The notes beneath the pieces are model-generated. The model searched no databases, was not told where the DNA came from, and saw only the letters and a list, made by a program, of their open reading frames with translations. Below are positions 10,055 through 20,398 of a DNA stretch of 64,000 nucleotides, piece by piece (within the stretch, counting starts at the first letter, position 1; the number at the start of each line of letters is the position of its first letter). A program made the position numbers and the translations under genes. Location of the stretch: contig NZ_BAABRU010000004.1 in NCBI RefSeq assembly GCF_039545135.1, positions 194,427 through 258,426 on the forward strand, read 5' to 3'. Origin of the DNA: Herpetosiphon gulosus (GTDB taxonomy: Bacteria > Chloroflexota > Chloroflexia > Chloroflexales > Herpetosiphonaceae).

Positions 10055-11161
10055 ATGTCGATCGCATTTAACGACCTTGGGCGACATGTCGCCACTATGG
10101 CCGAGGAGATCGAAGCAGCCAGCACCCGGGTGTTGCGCAGCGGTTGGTTTGTTTTAGGTCCAGAAGTTCGCGCCTTTGAAGCAGAATGGGCAGAATATTG
10201 TGGCGCACGCCATTGCATTAGCCTAGCAACTGGCACTGATGCCTTGATTTTAGGCCTCCGTGCCTTGGGCTTGCAAGCTGGCGACGAAGTGTTGACCGTG
10301 GCCAATGCTGGCAGTTACACCACCTTCGCCACCCATACCGTTGGCGCAACCCCACGTTATGTCGATGTTGATTCAGCGAGTTATACGCTTGATCCCAGCC
10401 AATTGGCCGCCGCGATTACCCCACGCACCAAAGTGATTGTGCCGGTGCATTTGTATGGTCAGGTTGCTGATCTTTCGGCGATTTTGGCGATTGCCGCTGA
10501 CCATCAATTACCAGTGCTCGAAGATTGTGCTCAAGCCCACGGGGCACGCTACCAAGGCCAGCACGTCGGCACATTCGGCGCTTTAGCCACATTTTCGTTC
10601 TATCCAACCAAAAATTTGGGCGCGTTGGGCGATGGCGGGGCAATTATTACCAACGACGATGGCTTGGCCGCCCAAATCAAGCAATTGCGCACCTATGGCT
10701 GGGCCAATAAATATCAAGTAACCCTCGAAAAAGGCACCAACAGCCGTCTCGATGAACTTCAAGCAGCTATTTTGCGGGTCAAATTAGCTCATCTTGATGC
10801 CCAAAATAGCCGCCGTCAAGCGCTTGCTGCCCGTTATAACGCTGGCTTAGCCGCAACTCCGCTGCAATGCCCACAGCTCGATAATGCTCAGCATGTCCAG
10901 CATTTGTATGTGGTGCGGGTTGCCGCCGAACAACGCAATGCCCTGCGCCAACATTTGCAAGCAGCAGGCATCGGCAGCGACGTGCATTACCCAATCGCCG
11001 ACCATCAACAGCCAGCTTGGGCCGAGCGCTATCAGGATGTGCATTTGCCGATCACCGAAGCGCTGAGCAATGAAATTCTGTCGTTGCCATGCTACCCTGA
11101 GCTAAGCGATGCCGAAGTTGATCAGGTGATCGACTGCATTCAAGCTTTTTTTGCCGCTTAA
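10055..11161 (+). CDS. DegT/DnrJ/EryC1/StrS family PLP-dependent sugar aminotransferase
   Basis: Typical fold-type I aminotransferase motifs, including ...[22 protein letters not shown] (PLP lysine region). Confidence 0.85.
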   Translation: MSIAFNDLGRHVATMAEEIEAASTRVLRSGWFVLGPEVRAFEAEWAEYCGARHCISLATGTDALILGLRALGLQAGDEVLTVANAGSYTTFATHTVGATPRYVDVDSASYTLDPSQLAAAITPRTKVIVPVHLYGQVADLSAILAIAADHQLPVLEDCAQAHGARYQGQHVGTFGALATFSFYPTKNLGALGDGGAIITNDDGLAAQIKQLRTYGWANKYQVTLEKGTNSRLDELQAAILRVKLAHLDAQNSRRQALAARYNAGLAATPLQCPQLDNAQHVQHLYVVRVAAEQRNALRQHLQAAGIGSDVHYPIADHQQPAWAERYQDVHLPITEALSNEILSLPCYPELSDAEVDQVIDCIQAFFAA

Positions 11162-11327
11162 TACCTCGTACCATGAATCAGGCAGCAGCCACCCAATCAT
11201 TCCCCCGCCTCGCTGCTGCCAAGCCTGCTGAGTTACTTTCGTTTAATCAGCAATCTGCCCGATTGACAAGCAACCCGCGCCTGAATATAGTTGACAGTCA
11301 GCAGCCTTCAAGCCTTGGGGTAAATGT

Positions 11328-13226
11328 ATGCAGCAAATTGAAACCTTATATCTGCCCAACTTAAAACGTAAAGATGATAAACAAGACCCGTATTTGGTTC
11401 AGCGTATTGATGATAACGAAGCAGATACTCCAACCTTAGTTCCTTTGACTCAACTCGATAGCCTCTCACGGGTCAATATTTTAGTTGGTACGAATAATTC
11501 AGGTAAAAGTAGATTTATGCGCTTGTTAACTGAAACAACCAATTTTTCAGTTCGATTAAGAGATGTTGATTTTATCAATCGTACTATAGGAAATGCTATT
11601 GATAAAATTATCAGTACTTATACTTTCATAGGACATACACAAATTAGCAAATATGATACTTCCTTCCTCACGAAATTAAAATCGAAACTGATAACTAAAA
11701 ATAATACAAATACAAGTACTAACTATCAAAATATTTTTGATGTATTTAATCATTTATCAGAATACAATTCAATATATGATCAACTTAAAGACATTAAAAA
11801 TATTTCAAAAGAAATAGTTGAAATTTTAAAATCTACTCAATTAAATCTAACAAAAAATATCTATATCCCAACTATCCGTGGCTTGCGACCCTTAAACAGC
11901 AACTATACTGATTTTTATAAGATGCAAACTATTCAAAGCTATTTTAAAGATGCTGAACATAAACCTGAAATTTTCACAGGTTTAGGGCTTTATCAAGAAC
12001 TACGCCATTATTTGCTTGGTAATAATGATCAGCGTACAAAAATTAGAAAATATCAAGAATTTATCTCGAATAGCCTGTTTGAAGGCAAAGAAGTTACGCT
12101 AATTCCAAGCGAAGAACAAAAGATTGTGGTGGTTAAAATCGGTAATGAGCTTGAACGGCCAATCCATGAGCTTGGCGATGGGATTCAATCAGCAATTATC
12201 TTGACTTTCTTGCCATTTGTAAGTCTTGAGAATTGCATTTTCTTTATCGAAGAACCAGAGCTTTTTCTACACCCCAGCATGCAGCGCAAAATTCTGGAGT
12301 TTTATCATTCTTTAGATCGCCACTTGTTCTTTATGACAACCCATTCTAATCATTTGCTAGATATTACGATTGATATTCCTGAAATTTCAATCTATAGCTT
12401 TCGAAAATTGCTTACCAGCAGCGACGATGACCAAATGCCACAATTTGTTGTTGAGAATGTTGATAACAATCAGAGCAGCTCCTTAGAATTATTGGGGGTA
12501 CGAAATTCATCAGTCTTGTTGGTTAATGCCACAATTTGGGTTGAGGGAATAACCGACCGTTGGTATTTGCGTGAAATGCTCCGAATGTATATGGAAACTT
12601 TGCCAAACCCAAAACCCAAGCTCGAAGAAGATATTCATTATGCTTTTGTCGAATATGGTGGCGATAATATTAACCATTTTTCATTCTTGGATATGGAAGA
12701 GCATCCTATTATCGTAGATCGTTTATGCGCCAAAGCAATTGTTATTATCGATCAAGATGATGAGCAGAAAAAATTAGATCGTAAGCAGCAACTTCAGGCT
12801 AAACTAGGCGATCGTCTAATCATTTTACCCTGTCGTGAAATTGAAAATAGCCTACCGCCAGAAGTTATTCGCTCAGTTGTAATTGAGTATGAAACAACTA
12901 AGCAAAACCCAAAACCCGAATTAAATTCTTTTATATATGCAGATTATCAAAATGAGCCATTAGGGAATTTTATTAAGGATCTTATAATTAAAGGAGCACA
13001 ATCTCGTAGAGGTTGTTATAGTAGTGGATCAGGAACTATTACTCAAAAACTAGATTTCTGCAAAAGAGCACTTAAGTATATTAATCCATTAACCGATGCA
13101 GAATTAGCAAAATTAGACACAGAGGAACGTCAATTGAGGCATCTGGAGTTATTTCAGGCACTACCAGAATCAACTCAACAGATAATTATAAAACTCTATG
13201 ACTTTATCAAAGCACGAAATATTTGA
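11328..13226 (+). CDS. OLD-family ATP-dependent nuclease (ABC-type ATPase + Toprim), standalone (class 1-like)
   Basis: Walker A VGTNNSGKS, ABC-like signature/Walker B region (ELGDGIQSAIILTF...IFFIEEPELFLHP), then Toprim-like motifs (IWVEGITDRW and a DxD in IVIIDQDDEQ). Gene GC is far below its neighbours (roughly 33% versus 55-60%). Confidence 0.65.
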   Translation: MQQIETLYLPNLKRKDDKQDPYLVQRIDDNEADTPTLVPLTQLDSLSRVNILVGTNNSGKSRFMRLLTETTNFSVRLRDVDFINRTIGNAIDKIISTYTFIGHTQISKYDTSFLTKLKSKLITKNNTNTSTNYQNIFDVFNHLSEYNSIYDQLKDIKNISKEIVEILKSTQLNLTKNIYIPTIRGLRPLNSNYTDFYKMQTIQSYFKDAEHKPEIFTGLGLYQELRHYLLGNNDQRTKIRKYQEFISNSLFEGKEVTLIPSEEQKIVVVKIGNELERPIHELGDGIQSAIILTFLPFVSLENCIFFIEEPELFLHPSMQRKILEFYHSLDRHLFFMTTHSNHLLDITIDIPEISIYSFRKLLTSSDDDQMPQFVVENVDNNQSSSLELLGVRNSSVLLVNATIWVEGITDRWYLREMLRMYMETLPNPKPKLEEDIHYAFVEYGGDNINHFSFLDMEEHPIIVDRLCAKAIVIIDQDDEQKKLDRKQQLQAKLGDRLIILPCREIENSLPPEVIRSVVIEYETTKQNPKPELNSFIYADYQNEPLGNFIKDLIIKGAQSRRGCYSSGSGTITQKLDFCKRALKYINPLTDAELAKLDTEERQLRHLELFQALPESTQQIIIKLYDFIKARNI

Positions 13227-13449
13227 ATCTAATCGTATATTCAGCCCATAATCCTGATCCACGAAGGACACGAAGATTGAAACCACGAAGAACGCGAAGA
13301 GCGCGAAGACTGCTTATTCCAACGTCCTGACCCCTGACTGCTGACATCTAATCTCCTCATTTTTCTCTGCGCCTCTGCGTTAAATGCTAATTTCTAATCT
13401 CTGATCTCTACCCTGCGTTTCATCCTTCATCCCTCATAATTCATCCTTA

Positions 13450-13492
13450 AAAAACTACCCCTCACCTCAATATCGAGGCAAGGGGCGTTTTT
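13450..13492. terminator. Bidirectional intrinsic terminator hairpin (CCCCTCACCTC...GAGGCAAGGGG) with flanking T/A runs; terminates lon (minus) and possibly the OLD gene (plus)
   Basis: GC-rich stem read directly, followed by CGTTTTT on the plus strand and preceded by AAAAAA (T-run on the minus strand). It lies 25 nt past the lon stop. Confidence 0.45.
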
Positions 13493-13510
13493 GATTGCGA
13501 TCAGCTTAAT

Positions 13511-15943
13511 TTAGCTGGCGATAACGTCTTGGCGAATAAATGGCATCAGCGCAATTGTCAGCACTTCGTCCATGGTTTCAACCGGAATCAATTGCAGATC
13601 TTGACGCACCTTTTCGGGCAGATCAACAATATCTTTGGCGTTTTCCTTGGGCAAAATGAAGGTTTTGATGCCTGCGCGATGGGCTGCCAAGGTTTTTTCT
13701 TTCAAGCCACCAATTGGCAAGACCCGCCCGCGCAAAGTGACTTCGCCAGTCATGGCTACATCGCGGCGCACAGCCCGACCAGTCATAGCGGAAATCAACG
13801 CAATCGTCAGGGTAATCCCAGCCGATGGGCCATCCTTGGGCACTGCACCTTCGGGCACGTGGATATGGATCGAATGCTCGTCAAAGTAATTTGGCTCAAT
13901 GCCCAACTCTTTGGCACGATAACGCACATACGACATCGCTGCCTGAGCCGATTCCTTCATTACATCGCCCAATTGACCAGTGAGGCGCAATTCGCCTTTG
14001 CCAGTCAATGGCAAGACTTCGAACGAAAGAATATCACCACCCGTTGGTGTCCAAGCAACCCCAGTCGCTACCCCAATTTGATCAGCAACTTCGGCCATGC
14101 CAAAACTGAAATGTTCAGGCCCAAGGTAGATTGGCACATCAGCAGCGTCAATCAAGAACTTGGTTGGCTCGACTTTTTTGGCCTTCTTGCGGCGCTTCTT
14201 GCCTTCTTGCGGTGCTTCTTCATCCTGCGATTCAGCTACCTTGCGGGCAATTTTGCGACACAAGGCCGCAACTTCGCGCTCAAGGTTACGCACACCAGCT
14301 TCGCGGGTATATTCACGAATCAACTTCAAGATCGCAGCATCGGTTAATTCCAACTGGCTGCTTTCGAGGCCATGGAACTCGCGTTGCTTGGGCAACAAGA
14401 AGCCTTGAGCAATCGCTAGTTTTTCATCCTCGGTATAACCGCCAATCTCGATAATTTCCATGCGGTCGCGCAGTGGCGCTGGAATTGGCTCAAGTTGGTT
14501 GGCGGTTGCCACAAACACTACTTGGCTCAAATCAAACGGAATTTCCAAATAGTGATCTGAGAAGGTGTTGTTTTGCTCCGGATCAAGCACTTCTAGCAGT
14601 GCCGAAGTTGGGTCGCCCCGGAAATCATTGCCAATTTTGTCAATTTCATCAAGCATAAAGACTGCTTGACGCGATTTGGAGGTTTTCATGCCTTGAATAA
14701 TCCGGCCTGGCATGGCTCCGATGTAGGTGCGGCGGTGGCCGCGAATTTCGGCCTCGTCGTGTACACCACCCAGCGACTGACGCACGAATGGGCGATCCAA
14801 GGCGCGAGCAATCGAGCGCCCAAGGCTGGTTTTACCAACCCCTGGCGGGCCGACGAAGCACAAAATTGGTGAACGCATTTTGCTACCAGCGAGCTTGCGC
14901 ACCGCCAGATATTCCAAAATCCGCTCTTTGACTTTTTCCAAGCCATAGTGATCTTCGTCAAGCACTTGGCGCGATTGCACCAACGAAATTGCGGCGACTT
15001 GATCAGCATTCCATGGCAAAGCAATAATCCAATCAAGGTAGGTGCGAATCACGCCAGCCTCGGGCGAATTCATGCCTTGTTGGGCGAGACGCTTAATTTC
15101 GTGCAAAGCTTGATCTTTGACATATTGCGGCGCGTTGAGTTCATTGACTTTGCGGCGCAATTCATCAATTGGATCATCACCATCGTCATCTTCGCCTAAT
15201 TCGCGGCGAATTACCCGCATTTGCTCGCGCAAGAAATACTCTTTTTGACCTTGATCAAGCACTTCTTTGGTGTCGGATTGAATTTTGGCGCGGAGCCGCA
15301 ACAGCTCTAATTGACGGGCCAAGATCACCTGCACCCGATTCAAACGTGCCAATGGCTCCATTTCATTCAACAATTCCAAGCGATCTTGGAATGAGAAAGC
15401 GGGGCCGTAGGTCACCAAATCGGCCAAATGGCCAGGTGTCGTAATGCGGTGCACAAAGGCAACTGCTTCTTGAGGAATTTCGCCTAAATAATCGACAAAT
15501 TCAGTAATTTGCTGTTTGACCGTATCCATCAAGGCATCGACTTCGATGCCCTTGGGTTCTTGATCGGGCAAGTAGCGGCAAGCTACACGATAGAAGGGAT
15601 CGCTCTGAACACAATCAACAATCTCAGCGCGGGTAATCCCTTCGAGCACAATTTTTACCGTGCCATCGGGCAATTGGGAGAAATCTTCCAAGCGAGCGAC
15701 CACGCCAACTTTGGGTAGTTGTTGGGGTTCGTGGCCTTTATAAGCTTCAATTTCAGCCTCAGAAACAAAGATCAACAAAACATGTTGATCGTCTTCCATA
15801 GCTTGTTCCATGGCCCGATAAGACTTGCCCTGCCCAACCTGGAGCGGCACAGTCATGTGCGGCATGATCACAATTTCGCCCAATACCACCAACGGTAAAG
15901 TGCGCTCGGTTCCTGTACGAGGGCGGTCTTTTTCTCGGGTCAT
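13511..15943 (-). CDS. lon: ATP-dependent Lon protease (La)
   Basis: Lon N-domain, AAA+ module (GPPGVGKTS, Walker B FMLDEIDK), and the proteolytic domain with the PKDGPSAG serine motif. Confidence 0.95.
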   Translation of the reverse strand: MTREKDRPRTGTERTLPLVVLGEIVIMPHMTVPLQVGQGKSYRAMEQAMEDDQHVLLIFVSEAEIEAYKGHEPQQLPKVGVVARLEDFSQLPDGTVKIVLEGITRAEIVDCVQSDPFYRVACRYLPDQEPKGIEVDALMDTVKQQITEFVDYLGEIPQEAVAFVHRITTPGHLADLVTYGPAFSFQDRLELLNEMEPLARLNRVQVILARQLELLRLRAKIQSDTKEVLDQGQKEYFLREQMRVIRRELGEDDDGDDPIDELRRKVNELNAPQYVKDQALHEIKRLAQQGMNSPEAGVIRTYLDWIIALPWNADQVAAISLVQSRQVLDEDHYGLEKVKERILEYLAVRKLAGSKMRSPILCFVGPPGVGKTSLGRSIARALDRPFVRQSLGGVHDEAEIRGHRRTYIGAMPGRIIQGMKTSKSRQAVFMLDEIDKIGNDFRGDPTSALLEVLDPEQNNTFSDHYLEIPFDLSQVVFVATANQLEPIPAPLRDRMEIIEIGGYTEDEKLAIAQGFLLPKQREFHGLESSQLELTDAAILKLIREYTREAGVRNLEREVAALCRKIARKVAESQDEEAPQEGKKRRKKAKKVEPTKFLIDAADVPIYLGPEHFSFGMAEVADQIGVATGVAWTPTGGDILSFEVLPLTGKGELRLTGQLGDVMKESAQAAMSYVRYRAKELGIEPNYFDEHSIHIHVPEGAVPKDGPSAGITLTIALISAMTGRAVRRDVAMTGEVTLRGRVLPIGGLKEKTLAAHRAGIKTFILPKENAKDIVDLPEKVRQDLQLIPVETMDEVLTIALMPFIRQDVIAS

Positions 15944-16082
15944 ATCAAAAATCCCTCATTTCGCTGTGGCAGAATAGCCACACAGAGTGGGTTAAAAGCA
16001 TCATAATACGTCTTTATAGTATACGCTAACTTATCTTAACGGCAAGCATCGATTGTCCTATTTTGGCGTAATCTTGCTAATT

Positions 16083-17888
16083 TTAATACTCTGTTAGCAC
16101 AGATCCAGTACTTTCGTTGGTTTCAAATTGCAATTGATACAAACGAGCGTATGTACCAGCTTGGGTCAAAAGCTCGCTATGGCTGCCAAGCTCGGTTACT
16201 TTGCCCGCCTCAATCACGGCAATTCGCGTGGCATTTTTGACGGTCGAAAGTCGATGGGCAATCACAAAAGTCGTGCGACCTTGCATCAAGCGTTCTAAGG
16301 CTTCTTGGACCAAACCTTCCGATTCGCTATCCATGGCCGACGTTGCTTCATCGAGAATTAAAATGCGCGGGTTTTTGAGCAAAGCCCGAGCAATTGCGAC
16401 GCGCTGACGTTGCCCACCAGAGAGTTTAATCCCACGTTCGCCGACGATCGATTCGTAGCCACCCTCGAAATTGCTAATAAATTCATGGGCATTGGCAGCC
16501 TGGGCAGCTTCAATCACTGCTTCCATCGGCGCATCAAGGTTGCCATAACGAATATTATCGGCAATCGTACCACTGAATAATAGGGTTTCTTGCGGCACAA
16601 TCCCAATCTGGGAGCGTAACGAGGGCAAATCGACATCGCGAATATCAAAGCCATCAACCGTAATTCGCCCCGCGGTTACATCGTAAAAACGTGGAATGAG
16701 ATTAACTAAAGTTGATTTGCCAGAACCACTTGGCCCGACAATCGCCATAACCTCGCCAGGCTCAACTTTGAGGTTGATGTTGCTCAAAACAGGGGTATTG
16801 CTTTCGCCATAGTTAAACGATACATCTTCTAAATAAATTTCGCCTTCGATTGGCGGTAAGTTGATTGCATTGGTTTTGCTGGCGATTTCGGGAGCTGTAT
16901 CCAAAATGCCGAATACCCGGGCAGTCGAACCAAGTGCCTCTTGCAATTGGCTGTACAAGCTGGTAAATGTGCCCAGCGAGCCAGCAATCACGGCAGCATA
17001 CAACAAGAAAGCGATTAAATCGCCAAGCTGCATCGTGCCATTTAATACTTGACGACCACCAAACCAAAGCACAAACACCAATGCCCCAAAGCCCGAAAAC
17101 GAGACAATTGGCACAAACTGAGCACGAGTTTTGGTCCGGCGCATCGAGGCCGAAAACGCATGTTCAATTGCTCCGCTAAATCGCTCAACTTCGTATGGCT
17201 CACGGGCAAATGATTGCACGATTCGCACGCCAGAGATGGTTTCTTCCAGCACCGATGAGGCTTCAGCCATGCGATCTTGGACTTCGGTGGACATATTGCG
17301 AATCCGACGGCCATAGATAATCGCCAGCACAATCAACAAGGGAATCAGCAATAGGGTAATCGCAGTTAGTTGCCAACTGAGATTAATCATCATAATGAAG
17401 CTACCGATAAAGGTAATACCATTTTGCAGAAACGCGGCAACCGCATTTGTGCCGATCCCCTGAATCACCGTAACATCGTTGGTGACCCGTGAAGTTAATT
17501 CGCCGACACGGCGTTCGCTGAAAAAGGCCAACGACAGCCGTTGTAAATGCGAATAGACCTCAATTCGCAAGTCGGCGACTGCTCGTTCGCCAACGTAGGT
17601 CAAAAAATAGCCTTGAATATAGTTAAACACCATTTGGGCAATAAATACACCCATCAAGCCAATCGCAACGTTGTCTAAGGCGGCGGTGCTTGAAGCATCT
17701 TTGACCGTTTCAACCAAATTGCGAATTGCTAATGGCATAACCAGGCCAATGCCACTGGAAATTGCCAAACACAGCAGCGCCAAGCCTAAGCGCCAGCGAT
17801 AGGGATAGACATATTGAAACATGCGCCGCAACTCTAAATGGCGCAAATTTCCCAATTGTTTCGGTGCTTGTGCCAGCATCACATCCAT
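16083..17888 (-). CDS. ABC transporter, fused permease/ATPase exporter (MsbA-like)
   Basis: Six-TM N-terminal half and a C-terminal NBD with GPSGSGKST, LSGGQRQR and ILILDEATSAMD. Confidence 0.9.
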   Translation of the reverse strand: MDVMLAQAPKQLGNLRHLELRRMFQYVYPYRWRLGLALLCLAISSGIGLVMPLAIRNLVETVKDASSTAALDNVAIGLMGVFIAQMVFNYIQGYFLTYVGERAVADLRIEVYSHLQRLSLAFFSERRVGELTSRVTNDVTVIQGIGTNAVAAFLQNGITFIGSFIMMINLSWQLTAITLLLIPLLIVLAIIYGRRIRNMSTEVQDRMAEASSVLEETISGVRIVQSFAREPYEVERFSGAIEHAFSASMRRTKTRAQFVPIVSFSGFGALVFVLWFGGRQVLNGTMQLGDLIAFLLYAAVIAGSLGTFTSLYSQLQEALGSTARVFGILDTAPEIASKTNAINLPPIEGEIYLEDVSFNYGESNTPVLSNINLKVEPGEVMAIVGPSGSGKSTLVNLIPRFYDVTAGRITVDGFDIRDVDLPSLRSQIGIVPQETLLFSGTIADNIRYGNLDAPMEAVIEAAQAANAHEFISNFEGGYESIVGERGIKLSGGQRQRVAIARALLKNPRILILDEATSAMDSESEGLVQEALERLMQGRTTFVIAHRLSTVKNATRIAVIEAGKVTELGSHSELLTQAGTYARLYQLQFETNESTGSVLTEY

Positions 17889-18042
17889 CCTTCAGCCAAC
17901 AATACCCTCGTTGGCACGTATATACGTGCTTGCCCAGCAACCAGCAAGCGCTGTATGATCAATCAATCGGTTACTGATGATTGTACGTGGCTGATGGGTG
18001 ATGTCAATCGCTGTGTTGGTTAGCAGATGTTACCACCAGCCG

Positions 18043-19557
18043 TTATTCGGTTCGGCGCGGACGATATTGGAGTGCTTCGGCTAAATGCGCTGGTTGAATT
18101 TGCGCAAGATTGGCTAAATCGGCGATGGTTCGGGCCAATTTAAGCACGCGATGATAACTACGGGCTGAGAGTTGTAATTGTCGCATGGCGGCTTTCATCA
18201 AGCTTTGGCTCGCCGAATCTAGCTCGCAGGCATGGCGTAACTGGGCTGGCCCCATATCACTATTGGTCAATATATGGTGTTTGCCAAAACGCTCGGCTTG
18301 GCGTTGACGAGCTAAAACCACGCGATCACGAATTTGCTCCGATGGCTCGCTACTACGCACACTCGCAAGTTTTTCATACTCCAGCCGTGGCACTTCAATA
18401 TGAATATCAATCCGATCGAGCAATGGCCCTGAGATGCGTTTTTGATAACGGGCAATTGCGGCTGGCGGGCAAACGCATTGGCGGGTGGGGTCGCTATAGT
18501 AGCCACATGGGCAAGGATTCATGGCTCCTATTAGCACAAAGTTTGCCGGGAATGTTAGCGTGCCCGCTGCCCGACTAAGCACTACCGTATGATCTTCGAG
18601 CGGCTGGCGCAGCACTTCGAGCACTTGTTGGCTAAATTCCGGCATTTCGTCGAGAAATAACACCCCTCGATGAGCCAGCGAAATCTCGCCTGGCTGAGGC
18701 GTGCGGCCACCGCCAACCAAGCCAGCATTAGAAATTGTGTGGTGCGGCGCACGAAATGGTCGGGTACGAATAAAGGGCATGTCGTTGGGCAACAAGCCTT
18801 TAACTGAATAAATTTTGGTCACATCTAAGGCTTCGTCGAGGCTGAGCGGCGGCAAAATTGAAGGTACGCAGCGGGCGAGTAAGGTTTTGCCAGAACCAGG
18901 CGGGCCGCTCATCAAGACATTATGCCCACCAGCTGCGGCCACTTCCAAAGCGCGTTTCACGTGTTCTTGGCCTTTGACATCGGCAAAATCAACGTTATAG
19001 CTCAGGCTTTCGGCGGCTGGGGGCTGGCCCTCGTAGGCTTCGATGTAGCGCTCGCCATTGAGATGGGCGGCAATATCGACGATTGAACGCACTGGAATAA
19101 CGGTAATGCCACTGAGCAAGGCCGCTTCGGCTGCATCGCAATGGGGCACATAGGCGGTTTGCAAGCCTTCGCGCCGCGCAATTGTGACCATTGGTAAGAT
19201 GCCATCAGTATGCCGCACTGCGCCATCAAGCGATAGTTCGCCGACAAACAAGGCTTGGCTTACATCGGCAGCAATTTGGCCTGAGGCTAACAAAATGCCG
19301 ACGGCTATTGGTAAATCGTAGGCTGGGCCAGCTTTGCGTAAATCGGCTGGAGCCAAATTGACGGTGAGCCGCGAATCGGGAAACGAGCCGCCGCTGTTGC
19401 GCACTGCTGCTCGCACTCGCTCTTTGGCCTCCTGCACAGCGGTATCGGGCAAGCCGACAATTGTGAATGATGGCAGGCCACGACTGAGATCAACTTCGAC
19501 TTCAACTAACGCGCCATCTAAACCCACAACGGCGCAGCTCCAAACTTTCGCCAACAT
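18043..19557 (-). CDS. YifB/ComM family Mg-chelatase-like AAA+ ATPase
   Basis: Lon-like N-terminal subdomain, Walker A GPPGSGKT, Walker B LFLDEMPEF, a C4-like CPCGYYSDPTRQCVC insert, and a ChlI C-terminal region. Confidence 0.9.
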   Translation of the reverse strand: MLAKVWSCAVVGLDGALVEVEVDLSRGLPSFTIVGLPDTAVQEAKERVRAAVRNSGGSFPDSRLTVNLAPADLRKAGPAYDLPIAVGILLASGQIAADVSQALFVGELSLDGAVRHTDGILPMVTIARREGLQTAYVPHCDAAEAALLSGITVIPVRSIVDIAAHLNGERYIEAYEGQPPAAESLSYNVDFADVKGQEHVKRALEVAAAGGHNVLMSGPPGSGKTLLARCVPSILPPLSLDEALDVTKIYSVKGLLPNDMPFIRTRPFRAPHHTISNAGLVGGGRTPQPGEISLAHRGVLFLDEMPEFSQQVLEVLRQPLEDHTVVLSRAAGTLTFPANFVLIGAMNPCPCGYYSDPTRQCVCPPAAIARYQKRISGPLLDRIDIHIEVPRLEYEKLASVRSSEPSEQIRDRVVLARQRQAERFGKHHILTNSDMGPAQLRHACELDSASQSLMKAAMRQLQLSARSYHRVLKLARTIADLANLAQIQPAHLAEALQYRPRRTE

Positions 19558-19653
19558 AATGACACCCCCGTAACAATTTGCTATCGGGAGTTAGAGCCAC
19601 ATGTTGGCGATTTTTGGCATGGAGTCGGCGAAATTGAGGAAAATTGCCAAAAC

Positions 19654-19956
19654 TTAGTTGACAGCGACCCAATCGAGCTTTACCAATTTATCGGCGACGC
19701 TGTTCATGTCGGCACAACGGCAGGCTGGCTGGCGCTGGACAACAATTTGCCAAGCACGACAAACGGTTTGCACTGGCCAACAATCTTGGCTGGGTACTTG
19801 ATGCGCAGCACTCACATGGTTGATAATTTCTTCAGCAACCATGTAGGCATCGTTATCGTTGATGCCTTCAGCTTCGCGAACAATCACGGCTAATTGGACT
19901 ATATGGCTTGCTAATTTGAGCAAGACTCCACGGCTTTTAACACGTTCGGTTTGCAT
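19654..19956 (-). CDS. Hypothetical protein (100 aa), adjacent to the mini CRISPR array
   Basis: ORF with an AAGGA RBS upstream of ATG (MQTERVKSRGVLLKLASHIVQLAVIVREAEG...). I found no recognisable domain. Confidence 0.4.
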   Translation of the reverse strand: MQTERVKSRGVLLKLASHIVQLAVIVREAEGINDNDAYMVAEEIINHVSAAHQVPSQDCWPVQTVCRAWQIVVQRQPACRCADMNSVADKLVKLDWVAVN

Positions 19957-20059
19957 GTTCTGCGATCCTTTGGCACGAAGGATTGATAGGACGTTTATGG
20001 CAAATACCACGAATGGTATGCGTAAAAATCAATAAAAATAGCGGTACGGAATGGTATCA

Positions 20060-20170
20060 CGTACAGCTAGGCACAAATCCAACCCATTTGCTCAAGACCT
20101 TGTACTTGCTCGCCGACGGCGGCGAGGCCAAGGCGTACAGCTAGGCACAAATCCAACCCATTTGCTCAAG
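20060..20170. CRISPR. Mini CRISPR-like array: two identical 37-nt direct repeats (CGTACAGCTAGGCACAAATCCAACCCATTTGCTCAAG) separated by a 37-nt GC-rich spacer
   Basis: Exact 37/37 repeat at 20060-20096 and 20134-20170 with a unique 37-nt spacer (ACCTTGTACTTGCTCGCCGACGGCGGCGAGGCCAAGG). A 228-nt AT-rich leader-like stretch (20171-20398) lies on the high-coordinate side. Orientation is unresolved. Confidence 0.45.
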
Positions 20171-20398
20171 TAGTCGAATGCAAGGTAGAGCGTTGCTAAA
20201 GAGCATTATTATCTCTAAATCTTTCTCTTATTAATAGTAAAACATTCGTAGCCGAATTTCAATAGATTTTTGGTCAAATTATTATCCAAATAATAAATCG
20301 TTAATAAAATTTGATTATCCCAAAGCCAATAACTATTTGTACTAGCATTTGATAAATAGCACAATAGTTCTGATTATTACTCATAAGGAGATCAATTC

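Noticed and set aside
13511-15943. Lon protease adjacent to the OLD-family gene as part of a defense system
   Set aside because: It is a full-length canonical LonA (N-domain, AAA+, S16 protease) with host GC. Adjacency to the AT-rich insert looks incidental. A bidirectional terminator separates the two.
19654-19956. The 100-aa ORF beside the mini-array as a Cas6
   Set aside because: It is too short. It lacks the glycine-rich loop and RRM-type motifs of Cas6. No basis for that call.
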